From positions 38,146-102,145 of the forward strand of contig CAWEBB010000032.1 of assembly GCA_963807085.1 (NCBI GenBank): a stretch of 64,000 nt of DNA, in the 5' to 3' direction. This document shows, in pieces, positions 1 through 13,922 of the stretch. A model generated the notes under the pieces. It ran no database searches. It saw only the letters and a program-made list of their open reading frames with translations, and was not told the DNA's origin. Both the position numbers and the translations under genes were made by a program. Every line of letters starts with the position of its first letter. Position 1 is the stretch's first letter. This DNA is from an uncultured Alphaproteobacteria bacterium (GTDB taxonomy: Bacteria > Pseudomonadota > Alphaproteobacteria > Bin95).

Positions 1-1995
1 AGGATTCTTCAGCGGCAGCGCGGGCAAGCGCGATCCGTTCGCCTACCGGCTGCGCCTGCGCGCGGGCAATATGGAATGGGAGCGGGAGGATCCCTATGCC
101 TTCGGCCCGGTGCTGGGCGAGTTGGACGAATACCTGCTGGCCGAGGGACGGCATGAAGAGCTTTACCGCCGCCTCGGCGCACACCCGCTCACCCATGGCG
201 GCGTTGAAGGCACCGCCTTTGCTGTCTGGGCGCCCAATGCGCGGCGCGTCAGCGTCGTTGGCGACTTCAACGCCTGGGATGGGCGCCGCCATCCGATGCG
301 CCGCCGCTTTGCGCGCAGGGGTGTGGGAGCTGTTCGTGCCCGGTCTGGGCGAGGGCGCGCTTTACAAGTATGAAATCTTCGGCGTGCACGGCGACGTGCT
401 CCCGCTCAAGGCCGATCCGGTGGGGTTCGCGGCAGAGAAGCCGCCGGCCACCGCGTCCGTCGTCACCGGATTGCCCCGTCATGACTGGCAGGACGGGGAA
501 TGGATGCAGGCGCTGCCGACCCGTGCGCCAGTGCAGGAGCCCATCTCGATCTACGAGGTCCACCTGGGCAGTTGGCGGCGCGGCGAAGACGACCGAGTAC
601 TGTCTTACGAAGAACTGGCCGAGCAGCTGGTCGACTACGTGACCGAAATGGGCTTTACCCATGTCGAGTTTCTGCCGGTCAGCGAACATCCCGTTCACCG
701 GCTCGTGGGGCTATCAGCCGATCGGCATGTTCGCTCCGACATCGCGGCACGGCTCTCCGGCAGATTTCGCGCGGCTGGTGGACCGGCTGCACGGCGCGGG
801 CGTGGGGGTGATCGTGGATTGGGTGCCCGCGCATTTCCCCTCGGATGCGCATGGGCTGGTGCGGTTCGACGGCACCGCGCTTTACGAACACGACGATCCG
901 CGCCTTGGGTTCCACAAGGATTGGAACACGCTGATCTACAATTTCGGGCGAATCGAGGTCGCCAATTTCCTGCGCGCCAGCGCGCTTTACTGGCTGCGCG
1001 AATTCCACGTGGATGCGTTGCGCGTGGATGCGGTGGCCTCGATGCTTTACCTCGACTATTCGCGCAATCCCGGCGAATGGGTGCCCAATCGCTTTGGCGG
1101 GCGCGAGAATCTGGATGCCATCGACTTCCTGCGCCGCACCAACGTCACGGTGTCCGAACGTGCGCCCGGCGCGCTGACCATGGCCGAGGAATCCACCGCC
1201 TGGCCGGGCGTCAGCCGTCCGGTCGACCAGGACGGACTGGGTTTCGATTTCAAGTGGAACATGGGCTGGATGCACGACACGCTGGAATACATTGCCACGG
1301 ACCCGGTCTACCGCAAATACGACCACGGCAAGATGACCTTCGGCCTGCATTACGCGTTCTCCGAAAACTTCATCCTGCCGCTCAGCCATGACGAGGTGGT
1401 GCATGGCAAGGGGTCGCTGCTGGGCAAGATGCCGGGCGACCGCTGGCAAAAATTCGCGAACCTGCGCGCCTATTTCGCTTTCATGTGGACGCATCCGGGC
1501 AAGAAGCTGCTGTTCATGGGCTGTGAATTCGGGCAGCAGCGCGAATGGAACCATGACGCGAGCCTCGACTGGCACCTGCTGGACGATCCCGCCCATGACG
1601 GGCTGCAACGGCTTGTGCGCGACCTTAACCGGCTCTACCGCGCCATGCCGGCGCTCCATGCCGGCGACTGCGCGCCCGCGGGCTTTGAATGGATCGACGG
1701 CGGGGACAGCGAAAACAATGTCTTCAGCTATTTGCGCAAGGGCGGCGAGGGCGAACCGCCGGTGGCGGTGATTGCCAACATGGCGCCCGTGCTGCGCGAG
1801 GGGTTCCGCGTCGGCTTGCCGTCTGAGGGGCGCTGGCGTGAGCTAATGAATACCGATGCGGAGGACTACGGTGGCTCGGGCGCGGGCAATGGCGGCGGTG
1901 TGCTCGCCACCGGGCCCGGCACGCATGGCCGACCGGCCGCCGCAACGATCACGCTGCCGCCGCTCGCGGTACTCCTCTTCACGCCGGACGCCTGA
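1..1995 (+). pseudogene. glgB: 1,4-alpha-glucan branching enzyme GlgB; 5' end lies outside the window. The frame is broken twice (about nt 300 and about nt 690), each repairable by a 1-nt indel in a G or C run.
   Basis: GlgB motifs are spread over three frames: ...[25 protein letters not shown] (frame 2), GVWELFVPG...YKYEI...[12 protein letters not shown]...[14 protein letters not shown] (frame 3), then [16 protein letters not shown]...[11 protein letters not shown]...C-terminus (frame 1). Stop at 1993-1995. Confidence 0.85.
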
Positions 1996-1996
1996 C

Positions 1997-4080
1997 ATGC
2001 CCTTCAGAAGATTCCGCTGGCCGGATCGGAATCCCCGCTTGGCGCCACCTGGGATGGCTCGGGCGTCAATTTCGCCTTGTTTTCGGCCCATGCCACCAAG
2101 GTGGAACTGTGCCTCTTCGATCCGGCGGGCCGGCGCGAGACCGACCGCATCGAACTGCCGGAGAACACCCACCAGGTCTGGCACGGCTATCTGCCCTGGG
2201 TGCGCCCCGGCCAGTTGTACGGCTATCGCGTACACGGGCCTTACGCGCCAGAAGAGGGCCACCGATTCAACCCGAACAAGCTGGTGCTCGACCCCTATGC
2301 GATGGCAATGAGCGGGCGGCTGCACTGGCATGACGCGCTGTTCGGCTATCGCATCGGCCACAGGAGGGGCGATCTGAGTTTCGACCGGCGCGACAGCGCC
2401 TTCGTCATGCCCAAATGCGTGGTGGTCGATCCGGCGCATACCTGGGGCGACGACGTCCTCCCGCGGCATCCCTGGCATAAAACCATCATCTACGAGGCTC
2501 ATGTGAAGGGCATCAGCGCGCGCAACCAGGCGTTGCCGGAACAGGTGCGCGGCAAATTCGAGGGGCTGGCGCATCCGTCCACGATCGACCATCTGTCGCG
2601 CCTGGGCGTCACTGCCATCGAATTGCTGCCGGTGCAGGCTTTTGTCGATGACCGCTATCTGATTGAAAAGGGGCTGAGTAACTACTGGGGTTACAACACG
2701 CTGGGCTTCTTCGCGCCGGCGCCGCGCTACCTGACCCGTACCGGGGCGATCAACGAGTTCAAGCTGATGGTGCGTCGTCTGCACGAAGCCGGGATCGAGG
2801 TCATTATGGACGTGGTCTATAACCACACGGCCGAGGGCAACGAAATGGGGCCGACCCTGTCGTTCCGCGGTATCGACAATGCCAGCTATTATATCTTGGG
2901 CGACAACCCGCGCCATTACTACGACACCACCGGTTGCGGCAATTCCCTGGACATGCGCCACGGTCGGGTGTTGCAGATGGTAATGGACAGCCTGCGCTAC
3001 TGGGTTGAGGAATGTCACGTGGACGGCTTCCGCTTCGATCTGGCCACGACGCTGGGGCGCGAGCGCGAGGCGTTTAACATGCACGCGGTGTTCCTCGAAG
3101 CGACCCGGCAGGACCCGGTGCTGAGCCGCGTAAAGCTGATCGCCGAGCCGTGGGATACCGGGCCGAACGGCTATCAATTGGGCAGTTTCCCCCCCGGTTG
3201 GGCGGAATGGAACGACCGCTGGCGCGACACCGCGCGCGGCTTCTGGCGGGGCGACGCGGATACGGCGCGTGAACTGGCCGACGGATTGCTCGGCTCCTCG
3301 CGCCTGTTCGAAAATCTGGGTCAGCGCCCCTGGACCAGCGTCAATCTCGTCACCGCCCACGACGGCTTCACCCTGATGGACTTGGTCAGCTACAACGACA
3401 AGCATAACGAGGCCAACGGCGAGGACAACCGGGACGGCCACAACCACAACCTTTCATGGAATTGTGGCGTCGAGGGGCCGACCGACGATTCGGACATCCT
3501 CGCCCTCCGCGACCGGCAGCGGCGCAACCTGATGACGACGCTACTGATCTCGCAGGGAACGCCGATGCTGCTGATGGGGGACGAGCGCGGGCGCAGCCAG
3601 GATGGCAACAACAACGCCTATTGCCAGGACGTTGATTTCAACTGGCTCGACTGGAACCCGGAGGGACCGAGCGATGCCGCGTTCGAGCATTTCGTCGCCG
3701 GGCTGATCGCGATCCGGCGCTCGCGCGGCCTGCTGCAGTCGGACAAGTTCTATCACGAGGAACCCTATGGCCGCTTTCCTGCCCGGGCGCGGTGGCTGCG
3801 CCCGGACGGGGAGCAGATGGGCCCCGAGGACTGGGAAAACCCACAAACCCGAGCCATTGGCATGCATCTGTCGCAAGCGGGCGAGCAACTGCTGGCCTTG
3901 CTGAATGCCTCCGAGGACCAGGTGGATTTCGTCCTGCCGCAGGCCTCGGCGGCGGGTTGGCGGGTTCTGGTGGATACCGTGCACGGGCGGGCGTTGCCGC
4001 ATCCGGAGGAACTGGCGGTACCCGATCGGGTCGAACTCCCCGGCAAGGCGGTTGTGTTGCTGGAAAGTGTGGGACCATGA
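1997..4080 (+). CDS. glgX: Glycogen debranching enzyme GlgX. The track start is TTG 2077, but the conserved N-terminal motif KIPLAGSESPLGATWDGSGVNFALFS lies upstream in frame with no canonical start. ATG 1997 is one frame off, so a 1-nt indel in the 'cccc' run right after the ATG is likely.
   Basis: GlgX/isoamylase GH13 motifs (LGATWDG.GVNFALFS, VYNHT, GFRFDLA, EPWD) are present. Stop overlaps the treZ start (ATGA). Confidence 0.8.
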
Positions 4081-5859
4081 CCCGCGAGCGAGAACCCGGC
4101 TGGGGCGCGACGCTGACGCAAGACGGGGCGCGGTTCGGCCTCTGGGCGCCAGCGCAGGGAGCGGTAACGCTGCATGTGGATGGGCGCGATGTGCCGATGA
4201 CGCGCGACGTGACGCGCGACAGGGGCGGCTGGTTTACCTGCACCGTTGCCGGCCTTGGCGCTGGCGCTTCCTACGCCTTCGTGCTGGAGGACGGGCGCGC
4301 GGTGCCCGACCCGGCCGCCCGCGCGCAGGAGGGCGACGTGCACGGAGCGTCGCTTTTGGTCGACCCTTCGGCCTATCGCTGGCGGCATGACTGGGCCGGG
4401 CGGCCCTGGGAAGAGGCAGTAATCTACGAGCTGCATGTAGGCACCTTCACCGAACAGGGCACATTCGGCGCGGTGATCGACCGCCTGGCTGCGCTGGCCG
4501 ACCTCGGCGTCACCGCGATCGAGTTGATGCCCGTTGCCCAGTTCGCCGGCAATCGCGGCTGGGGCTATGACGGCGTGCTGCCCTATGCGGTGCATCCCGC
4601 TTATGGGCGGCCCGACGACCTGCGCGCGCTCGTGGATGCGGCGCATGGGGCGGGGCTGATGGTGCTGCTCGACGTGGTCTACAACCATTTCGGCCCCGAG
4701 GGGAATTACCTGAACCTCTACGCGCCCGATTTCTTCGATTCCGCCCGCCAGACCCCCTGGGGCGCGGCCATCGCGTATGACCGTGCGCCGGTGCGGCGGT
4801 TTTTCGTGGAAAACGCGCTTTACTGGCTGCGCGAATACCGGCTGGACGGGTTGCGGCTGGACGCCATCGACCATGTGCACGACCGCTCCGATCCGGAAAT
4901 CCTGATCGAGATCGCGCAAGCGGTGCGGCGGGAATTCCCGGCCCGGGCGATACACCTGACCACCGAGGACAACCGCAACGTCACCCATCTGCACGAACGC
5001 GACGGGGAAGGCGTATGCCTCTATACCGCCGAATGGAATGATGATTGGCACAACACCGCCCACGTGATCGCCACCGGCGAGAGTGCGGATTATTACGGCG
5101 ATTTCGCCGATACCCCGCATGCCCATCTGGCGCGCGCGCTGGCCGAAGGGTTCGCGTTTCAGGGTGAGCTTTCGCAACTGACTGACCGGCCGCGCGGCGA
5201 ACCGAGCGCCTACCTGCCGCCCGCGGCTTTCGTCGATTTCCTCCAGAACCACGACCAGATCGGCAATCGGGCCTTTGGCGAGCGTATCGACCGGATGGCG
5301 GACGAGAACATCGTGCAGGCGCTGCACGCTATCCTGCTGCTGTCGCCGCATGTGCCGCTGCTGTTCATGGGCGAGGAATATGGCGAGACCCGCCCCTTCC
5401 TGTTCTTCACCGATTTCCACGGCGAGCTGGCCGACGCGGTGCGCGAAGGGCGGCGGCGCGAATTCGCCGGGTTCGAGGCGTTCAGCGGAGAGTTGGCCCC
5501 AATCCCCGACCCGAACGCCTGGGACACCTTTGCCGCTTCTCGGCTTGACTGGTCAGAGCGCGAGGGTTCCGGCTTTGTGCGGCCTGGCGGAAACCCGCAA
5601 GATGCTGGAACTGCGCGCGCGGGAAATCGTGCCGCATCTGGCGGGAGTGGGCGGCCATAGCGGCCATATTGTCGAGAGCGAAGCGGAAGTGGTGGCGGTG
5701 GACTGGCACCTGAACGGCGCCAATCTGCATCTACGCGCCAACCTCTGTGACGACGTGAACGCCATGCCGCCCGCGCCCGGCCGCGTGATCTGGGGCGAGC
5801 ATCGGGAGCGGGACGCGTTCGCTCCCTGGCAGGTTCGTGTCACCAAGGCCGCGCCATGA
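4077..5859 (+). pseudogene. treZ: Malto-oligosyltrehalose trehalohydrolase TreZ, with one frameshift at about nt 5560 (extra G in a ggg run).
   Basis: ATG at 4077 overlaps the glgX stop. GH13 TreZ motifs are present (GWGYDGVLPYAVHPAYG, VLLDVVYNHFGPEGNY, LRLDAIDHV). C-terminal ...LDWSEREG continues in the next frame as ALCGLAETRKMLELRAREIVPHL...VTKAAP*, with the stop overlapping the malQ ATG. Confidence 0.8.
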
Positions 5860-7673
5860 ACCGGCGGCTCGACCGGCTGGCGCGCTGGCACGGCATCCCC
5901 CCCGCCTATACTGACGCCCACGGCATGCGGCGGCGGGTTCCGTCGGCCAGCCGCAAGGCCTTGCTGGCCGTTCTTGGGGTCGATCCGGCGGCCGATCCGC
6001 CCGGGACGCCCGCGCCAGACCTTGCGCTGACGGCGGGCGATGCGCGGTGTTTCGTGCCGCAATGGCTGGATGACGCGCCCGCATGGGGACTGTTCTGCCA
6101 GCTTTACGAACTGCGCTCGGGGCGCAACTGGGGCATCGGCGATTTCCGTGACCTGGCGGATCTGGCGCGTATCGCGGGTGAGGCGGGGGCGGATTTTCTG
6201 GGCGTCAATCCGCTGCACGCGCTGTTCCTGGCCGCGCCCGAGCGGTGCAGCCCGTTCGCACCCTCGAACCGCGCCTTTCTGAACCCGCTTTACATCGCGG
6301 TCGACGATGTGCCAGGCGCAGGGCCGCCGCCCGATCTGACCGCCCTGCGAGCCTCGGACCGGGTGGATTACTGCCGCGTCGCCGCCCTGAAAATAGACGC
6401 GCTGCGCGAGATTTTCAGCCGCGCGCCCTTTGCCGACGCCGCCGCGCGCGAACAGCACGACCGGTTCGTCCGCGAACGTGGCACCGCGCTTTACCACCAC
6501 GCGCTGTTCGAGGCGCTCTCGAGCGCCATGGTGCATACCGGTCATGCCGCGGGCTGGCGGGGCTGGCCCGAGGACTGCCGCGGGCCTGATACCCCGGCCG
6601 TGCGCGCCTTTGCCGAAGCGAACGGCGCCGACATCGCCTTTCACCTGTGGCTGCAATGGATCGCCGACCGTCAGCTTGCCGCCGCCCAGGACGTGGCGCG
6701 CGCGGCGGGGATGCGCATCGGCCTCTATCTCGATCTGGCGGTAGGTGCCGCGCCGGACGGCTCTTCGGCGTGGAGCGGGCAGACGATGCTGCGCGGCGTG
6801 CGCATCGGCGCGCCGCCCGACCTCTTCCAAGCCGGCGGGCAGGATTGGGGTCTCGCCGCGCCTTCGCCCGAGGTGCTGGTGGAACAGGATTTCGCTCCGT
6901 TCCGCGACATGATCCGCGCACAACTTTCCCATGCGGGGGCGCTCAGGATCGACCACGCGATGGCCTTATGGCAGCTGTTCCTGATCCCCGACGGCGTCTC
7001 GGCACGCGAGGGGGGTTATCTGCGCTATCCGATCCGCGACATGCTGCGCGTGCTGGCCGAGGAATTGCACCAAGCCCGCGCCATCATTGTGGGCGAGGAT
7101 CTGGGCTCGGTCCCACGCGGGTTTCGCGCGGCAATGCGGGAGGCTCGCATCCTGTCCTACCGGTTGCTCTATTTCGAGCAGAACAAGCGCGGCTTCCTGC
7201 CCCCGCGCCGCTATTCCGCATCGGCGCTGGCCTGTCTTTCCACCCACGATCTGCCGACGCTGGCCGATTGGTGGCAGGGACGCGATATCGAGCAGCGCGA
7301 AGAGTTCAGGCTGGTTGATGCGGAAACCTCGGCGCAGCAACGCACCCACCGGCGGCGCGAGCGCGACGATCTGGTCGCGGCGCTGAAGGACGCCGGCGTT
7401 CTGGAAACCGCGCCCGCCGATGCCCCCGATTTGCCCCCGGAAATCCTGCGTGCGGCGCATCTTTTTATCGCCCGCACGCCCGCGCTGTTGGCGGCGGCGC
7501 GGCTGGCGGATCTGGCGGGGCCGCAGGCGGCCACCAACGTCCCCGGCACCTCGGAAGAGGAATATCCCAACTGGCAGTTGCGCAGCCCGACCGCCATCGA
7601 GGACCTGCCCGGCCACTTGGCCTTTCGGGAAATTGCCGCACTGTTGTCGGGCGCGCGTCCGCGCCAAAGGTGA
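5856..7673 (+). CDS. malQ: 4-alpha-glucanotransferase (amylomaltase) MalQ
   Basis: GH77 features are present (GIGDFRDL..., LGVNPLHA, DHAMALWQLFLIP, VGEDLG). ATGA overlap with treZ. The ORF is intact. Confidence 0.8.
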   Translation: MNRRLDRLARWHGIPPAYTDAHGMRRRVPSASRKALLAVLGVDPAADPPGTPAPDLALTAGDARCFVPQWLDDAPAWGLFCQLYELRSGRNWGIGDFRDLADLARIAGEAGADFLGVNPLHALFLAAPERCSPFAPSNRAFLNPLYIAVDDVPGAGPPPDLTALRASDRVDYCRVAALKIDALREIFSRAPFADAAAREQHDRFVRERGTALYHHALFEALSSAMVHTGHAAGWRGWPEDCRGPDTPAVRAFAEANGADIAFHLWLQWIADRQLAAAQDVARAAGMRIGLYLDLAVGAAPDGSSAWSGQTMLRGVRIGAPPDLFQAGGQDWGLAAPSPEVLVEQDFAPFRDMIRAQLSHAGALRIDHAMALWQLFLIPDGVSAREGGYLRYPIRDMLRVLAEELHQARAIIVGEDLGSVPRGFRAAMREARILSYRLLYFEQNKRGFLPPRRYSASALACLSTHDLPTLADWWQGRDIEQREEFRLVDAETSAQQRTHRRRERDDLVAALKDAGVLETAPADAPDLPPEILRAAHLFIARTPALLAAARLADLAGPQAATNVPGTSEEEYPNWQLRSPTAIEDLPGHLAFREIAALLSGARPRQR

Positions 7674-7898
7674 GCGCGAGATAAAGCGCGGCGTCGCGGG
7701 CAGTTCCCCGGGAACTATAGTGCCATCCCCCCGTTCTGTTGGTAACATGGAGGCACGAGCGCATCGCCCGGTCAAATCGAATCGCTATCGCAGTCAATTT
7801 GTCGGGGTAAGGTGCTCTAAGTATCAAATTTAGAGCAAATTCACCCGATCCAACCGGATCGGGATCTTCTCTAGGCATCCAGCAACCGGGGAGCGACG

Positions 7899-10236
7899 AT
7901 GCAGCGCCTGCCGTCTTCCTGTTATCGACTGCAACTGCGCAACGGCGTGGATTTCGCCGCCGCCGAACGGCTACTGCCCTACTTGATGCGGCTGGGAATC
8001 AGCCATCTCTACCTGTCGCCGGTCTTCGCCGCCCAGCCCGGATCAACCCATGGCTATGACGTGATCGACCCCACCCGCATCGAGCCGGGGCTAGGCGGAC
8101 GGGCGGGATTCGACCGGCTGGCGGAGGCAGCGCAGGCGCAAGGTATCGGCATCGTTCTGGACATCGTGCCGAATCACGTGGCCTTCACCCTGGAAAACCC
8201 GTGGCTGCGGGACCTACTGGCGCAGGGGCGCGCCAGCCGCTACGTGCGCCATTTCGACATTCTGCCGGATCGGCCCCTGGCGCTACCGATGCTGGAAGCG
8301 CCGTTCGAGGAGGTGCTGGAAAAGGACGGTTTCTCCGTCGAGACGAGCCCGGACGGGCCGGTTCTGGTGCGCGGGGCGCTGCGCGTGCCGCTCGACCCGG
8401 CGACGCTGCCACCCGATCCGCCGAAGCTCCACGACCGCGCCGCGATCCGCGCTCTGCACGACCGCCAGTTCTGGCGGCTCTGCCACTGGCGGGCCGAGCG
8501 TGACGCGATCACGCATCGGCGATTCTTCAACATCACCGGCCTGATCGGCGTGCGTGTCGAGGACGAGGAGGTGTTCGAGGACACCCATCGCCTGATCTTC
8601 GATCTGGTCGATACGGGCGCGGTGGCGGGATTGCGCATCGACCATATCGACGGGCTGGCCGGTCCCGGCGTCTATCTGCGCCGCCTGCGCGCGCGTCTTC
8701 CCGAAATTCCGATCTGGTTGGAAAAGATTCTAGCGCCGGACGAGAGCCTGCCGGACTGGCCGGTAGAAGGCACCACCGGCTATGTGCTGGCCCGCGATAT
8801 CGGGCAGGTGCTGACCGATGGCGACGGGGTGCGACGGCTCGATGCGCTCTACCGATGCCAAACCGGGCGGCAGGAGGGGTTCGGGCGGCTACGTCACCGC
8901 GGCGAAGCGCGCCGTTCTGGAGACCGAGCTTTCAGCCGAACTGTGGCGCTTGCAGGGCCTGATCGGCGCGATCGCGGCGGCGGACCGGACCGCCTGCGAA
9001 TACGGCCCCGAGACCTGGCGGCAGACGATCTTGAGCCTGATCGCGCATTTGGGACGGTATCGGACATACCTGGACGGCGACAGCCCGCGCGCTGAGGATG
9101 TCGCGGCGTTGAATGCCGCCACCGACGCTGCGGCGGGGGCACAGCCCGACCGCCGGCCGCTGGATTTCATGCTGCGCGCGCTGCTGGACCCTGGCGCGGC
9201 GGCCGGCCCGTTGCGCCTGCGATTTCAGCAGGTGGCCGGCGCGGTGATGGCAAAGGGGCAGGAGGACACCGCCTTTTATCGCTACAATCGCCTGCTGTCG
9301 GCAAACGAGGTCGGTGCGGAGCCGGACCTGCCCGCCATCGATGCCGCCACGTTCCACCGCCGGATGCAGACCCGCGCGCTGAAGATGCCCCACGGGCTGA
9401 GCCTGACATCGAGCCATGACACCAAGCGTTCCGAAGATGCCCGCATGCGGATTGCGGCGTTGACTCACCATCCCCCGTCCATCGCTGCGCTGATCGACGC
9501 GGCGCAAAAGGTCGAAGGGGCGGAGGCCGTCGATCCCAACCTGCGCTGGTATCTGGTCCAGTCGCTCTGGGCGATGCAGCCCGGTGCCGGATCAGCCGCG
9601 GAACTGGCCGACCGGCTGTGCGACCATGCCACCAAGGCGATGCGCGAGGCCAAGGAAGGCACCACCTGGCAGGACCCGGACGAGGGCTATGAGAGCGCGG
9701 CGCTCGCTTACGCCCGCGCACTGGCCCGCGCCTTCGCGCCGCCGCCCGGTGAAACCGCCGAAGCCGCCCGCACCGCCGAACGGCTGTCGCTGGTGCAGCT
9801 GGCGCTGAAACTGACGCTGCCGGGAATTCCCGACATCTATCAGGGATGCGAGATCAGTAACTATCGGCTGACCGACCCCGACAATCGCGCTGCCGTCGAT
9901 TTCGACCGGCTGGCGGCCGCGCTGGACGATGCCGGCCCGCTGCGCCCGCTGGATCGTCATAAGCTCTGCCTCACGCGCACGGTCCTGCACCTGCGCCGCG
10001 ACGAACCGGCGCTGTTCGCCGACGGAAGCTATGAGCCGCTGGACGCACCTTTTGGAGCGTTGGCGTTCCGGCGTCGCCTCGACCGACGGTCCGTGCGCGC
10101 GGTGGTGACACTTGGCCAGGCGCTCTCCCCCAAAGGCAGCCGGCCCGACAGCGGCGAGACACGGCTTTGGCCGCCGGAGGGTCTGTCGGGGGAGGGGCTC
10201 CCGGGGGAGGCGGTCGCCCTGTTCTCAGCAGGTTAA
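7899..10236 (+). pseudogene. treY: Malto-oligosyltrehalose synthase TreY, with one frameshift at about nt 8895 (extra G in ttcgggcgg). The track splits it into 7899..9095 and 8818..10236.
   Basis: N-terminal part has YRLQL...GISHLYLSP...GSTHGYDV.DP...IVLDIVPNH. C-terminal part has ...EGTTGY...AAKRAVLETELSAEL...SSHDTKRSEDARMRI... and ends 10236. Confidence 0.8.
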
Positions 10237-10251
10237 ATCGCTCCCGCCTCC

Positions 10252-10270
10252 TCTCCCGCGAACGCGGGAG
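10252..10270 (+). terminator. Candidate terminator hairpin after treY
   Basis: tctcccgcgaacgcgggag; only a weak U tract follows. Confidence 0.35.
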
Positions 10271-10566
10271 CCAAGTTCTTCGGCCGGCCCTGCCGAGCGT
10301 CGAGGGCGGCCCAGGGCGGCATGAAGGCGCTTGCCAATAACGCGTTAACAGGTGAAATGGAGCCGCGCGACGCGGCGCAGTCGGGGCGGCACGATCCTCG
10401 TCACCGCGAAATTGATGTCGCAGCGCCGGAACGGGGCAGCGCCGGCCATGCCCGGCGCCCGCATCGTCGCGAGGGAACCGGCGGCGCGTGCCGTTCGTTT
10501 GCCTGATGGTTTGAAAGGGTTGCGCCCAGGCCGGCGCGCCCGGCACGGTTGCGAAGGGACAGACGA

Positions 10567-12669
<2,103 letters not shown>

Positions 12670-13021
12670 GGGGAACTCGAACCTGCATGGTGGAAAATCA
12701 GGGATATTATCTTAAATCTGTGGGGTCACGGCGCTGAACAGGGTGCAACATTACCCGCGAGGGAAGGACCGTTCGTAGATACGAGATTAACCTCCGCTAA
12801 ACGTTGGCCAGGCTCGCCGTCAACGAAACCTGAACCGGCGAGCGGCCGGAATGATCGGTTTCGAGCAGAGATGCATAGGCTTGTTTAGCGAAGAATGTAA
12901 TCCGGTAACTTAATAGCGTCAACGGCAGTCCAGCGTCTCTCGTTGCCGCGCGGTCCTTGCCATCGAACGGCGGTTCGGGGCATGCTCGTGGCCTTCCCAT
13001 GTCGACGCGGAGGCGGCTCCC

Positions 13022-13909
13022 ATGCCCACCATCACCACCGACGACGGCGTCAGGCTCGCCTACGAGGAGGCCGGCAGCGGCACGCCGGTCATCTTCGTGC
13101 ACGAGTTTGCGGGCGACATGGCAAGCTGGGAGCCGCAGCTTCGCACCTTCGGCCGGCGCTATCGGGCCATCGCCTTTAACGCGCGCGGCTACCCGCCCTC
13201 CGACGTGCCGCCGACGCCGGCCAGCTATTCCCAGGACCGGGCGCGGCAGGACATTCTGGCGGTGCTCGACGGGCTGGGGCTGGAGAAGGCGCATATTGTC
13301 GGCCTCTCGATGGGCGGTTTCGCGACGCTGCATTTCGGCATCCACCATGGCGACCGCGCGCTCTCGCTGACCGTGGCGGGCTGCGGCTATGGCGCGGAAC
13401 CGGACAAGCGCGACCAGTTCCGGAAAGAGGCGAACGCCACTGCCGACCTGATCGAGCGCGAGGGCATCGAAGCGTTTGCCGACACGTACTCGCTCGGGCC
13501 GACCCGGGTGCAGTTCCAGAACAAGAACCCGCGCGGTTGGCAGGAATTCCGGGAGCAACTGGCCGGGCACTCGGCCAAGGGCTCGGCCAACACCATGCGC
13601 GGCCTTCAGGCGGAGCGGCCTTCTCTGTTCGACCTGAAGGACGCCATGGCGGGCATCGCAGCACCCACCCTGGTGCTGACCGGCGACGAGGACTGGCCCT
13701 GCCTGCTGCCGGGCGTGATGATGAAGGAGACCATCCCGTCGGCGGCGCTGGTGGTCATGGCGAATTGCGGCCACACCATCAATATCGAGGAGCCGGACGC
13801 CTTCAACGCCATCGTCCTGGACTTCCTGGCCCAGGTGGATGCGGGCCGCTGGCAGCACCGCGACCCGCGGGCGATAAGCACCTCGATCCTGGGCGTGCAG
13901 GAGAAATAG
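13022..13909 (+). CDS. Alpha/beta-fold hydrolase
   Basis: HEFAGDM...GLSMGG nucleophile-elbow motif. GGAGG RBS upstream of the ATG. Confidence 0.75.
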   Translation: MPTITTDDGVRLAYEEAGSGTPVIFVHEFAGDMASWEPQLRTFGRRYRAIAFNARGYPPSDVPPTPASYSQDRARQDILAVLDGLGLEKAHIVGLSMGGFATLHFGIHHGDRALSLTVAGCGYGAEPDKRDQFRKEANATADLIEREGIEAFADTYSLGPTRVQFQNKNPRGWQEFREQLAGHSAKGSANTMRGLQAERPSLFDLKDAMAGIAAPTLVLTGDEDWPCLLPGVMMKETIPSAALVVMANCGHTINIEEPDAFNAIVLDFLAQVDAGRWQHRDPRAISTSILGVQEK

Positions 13910-13922
13910 GCGCGATCGGCGG

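Noticed and set aside
71-1391. Track ORFs 71..373, 96..1391 and 661..1995 as separate genes
   Set aside because: They are consecutive frame-shifted segments of a single glgB.
1843-3447. 534-aa ORF on the minus strand
   Set aside because: Antisense to glgB/glgX, with no family resemblance; long antisense ORFs are expected at 65% GC. The same applies to 3765..5420, 5553..6956, 6966..7775, 10645..12615, 12797..13858, 25722..28181, 30089..31261, 44984..46099, 47628..49706 and 63000..63995.
7899-10236. Two overlapping ORFs, 7899..9095 and 8818..10236
   Set aside because: Both are pieces of one treY separated by a 1-nt indel.
12670-12700. tRNA gene on the minus strand
   Set aside because: Only a T-arm-like GGTTCGAGTTCC segment is present; I could not build an acceptor stem or anticodon arm. 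Kept as a low-interest observation only.
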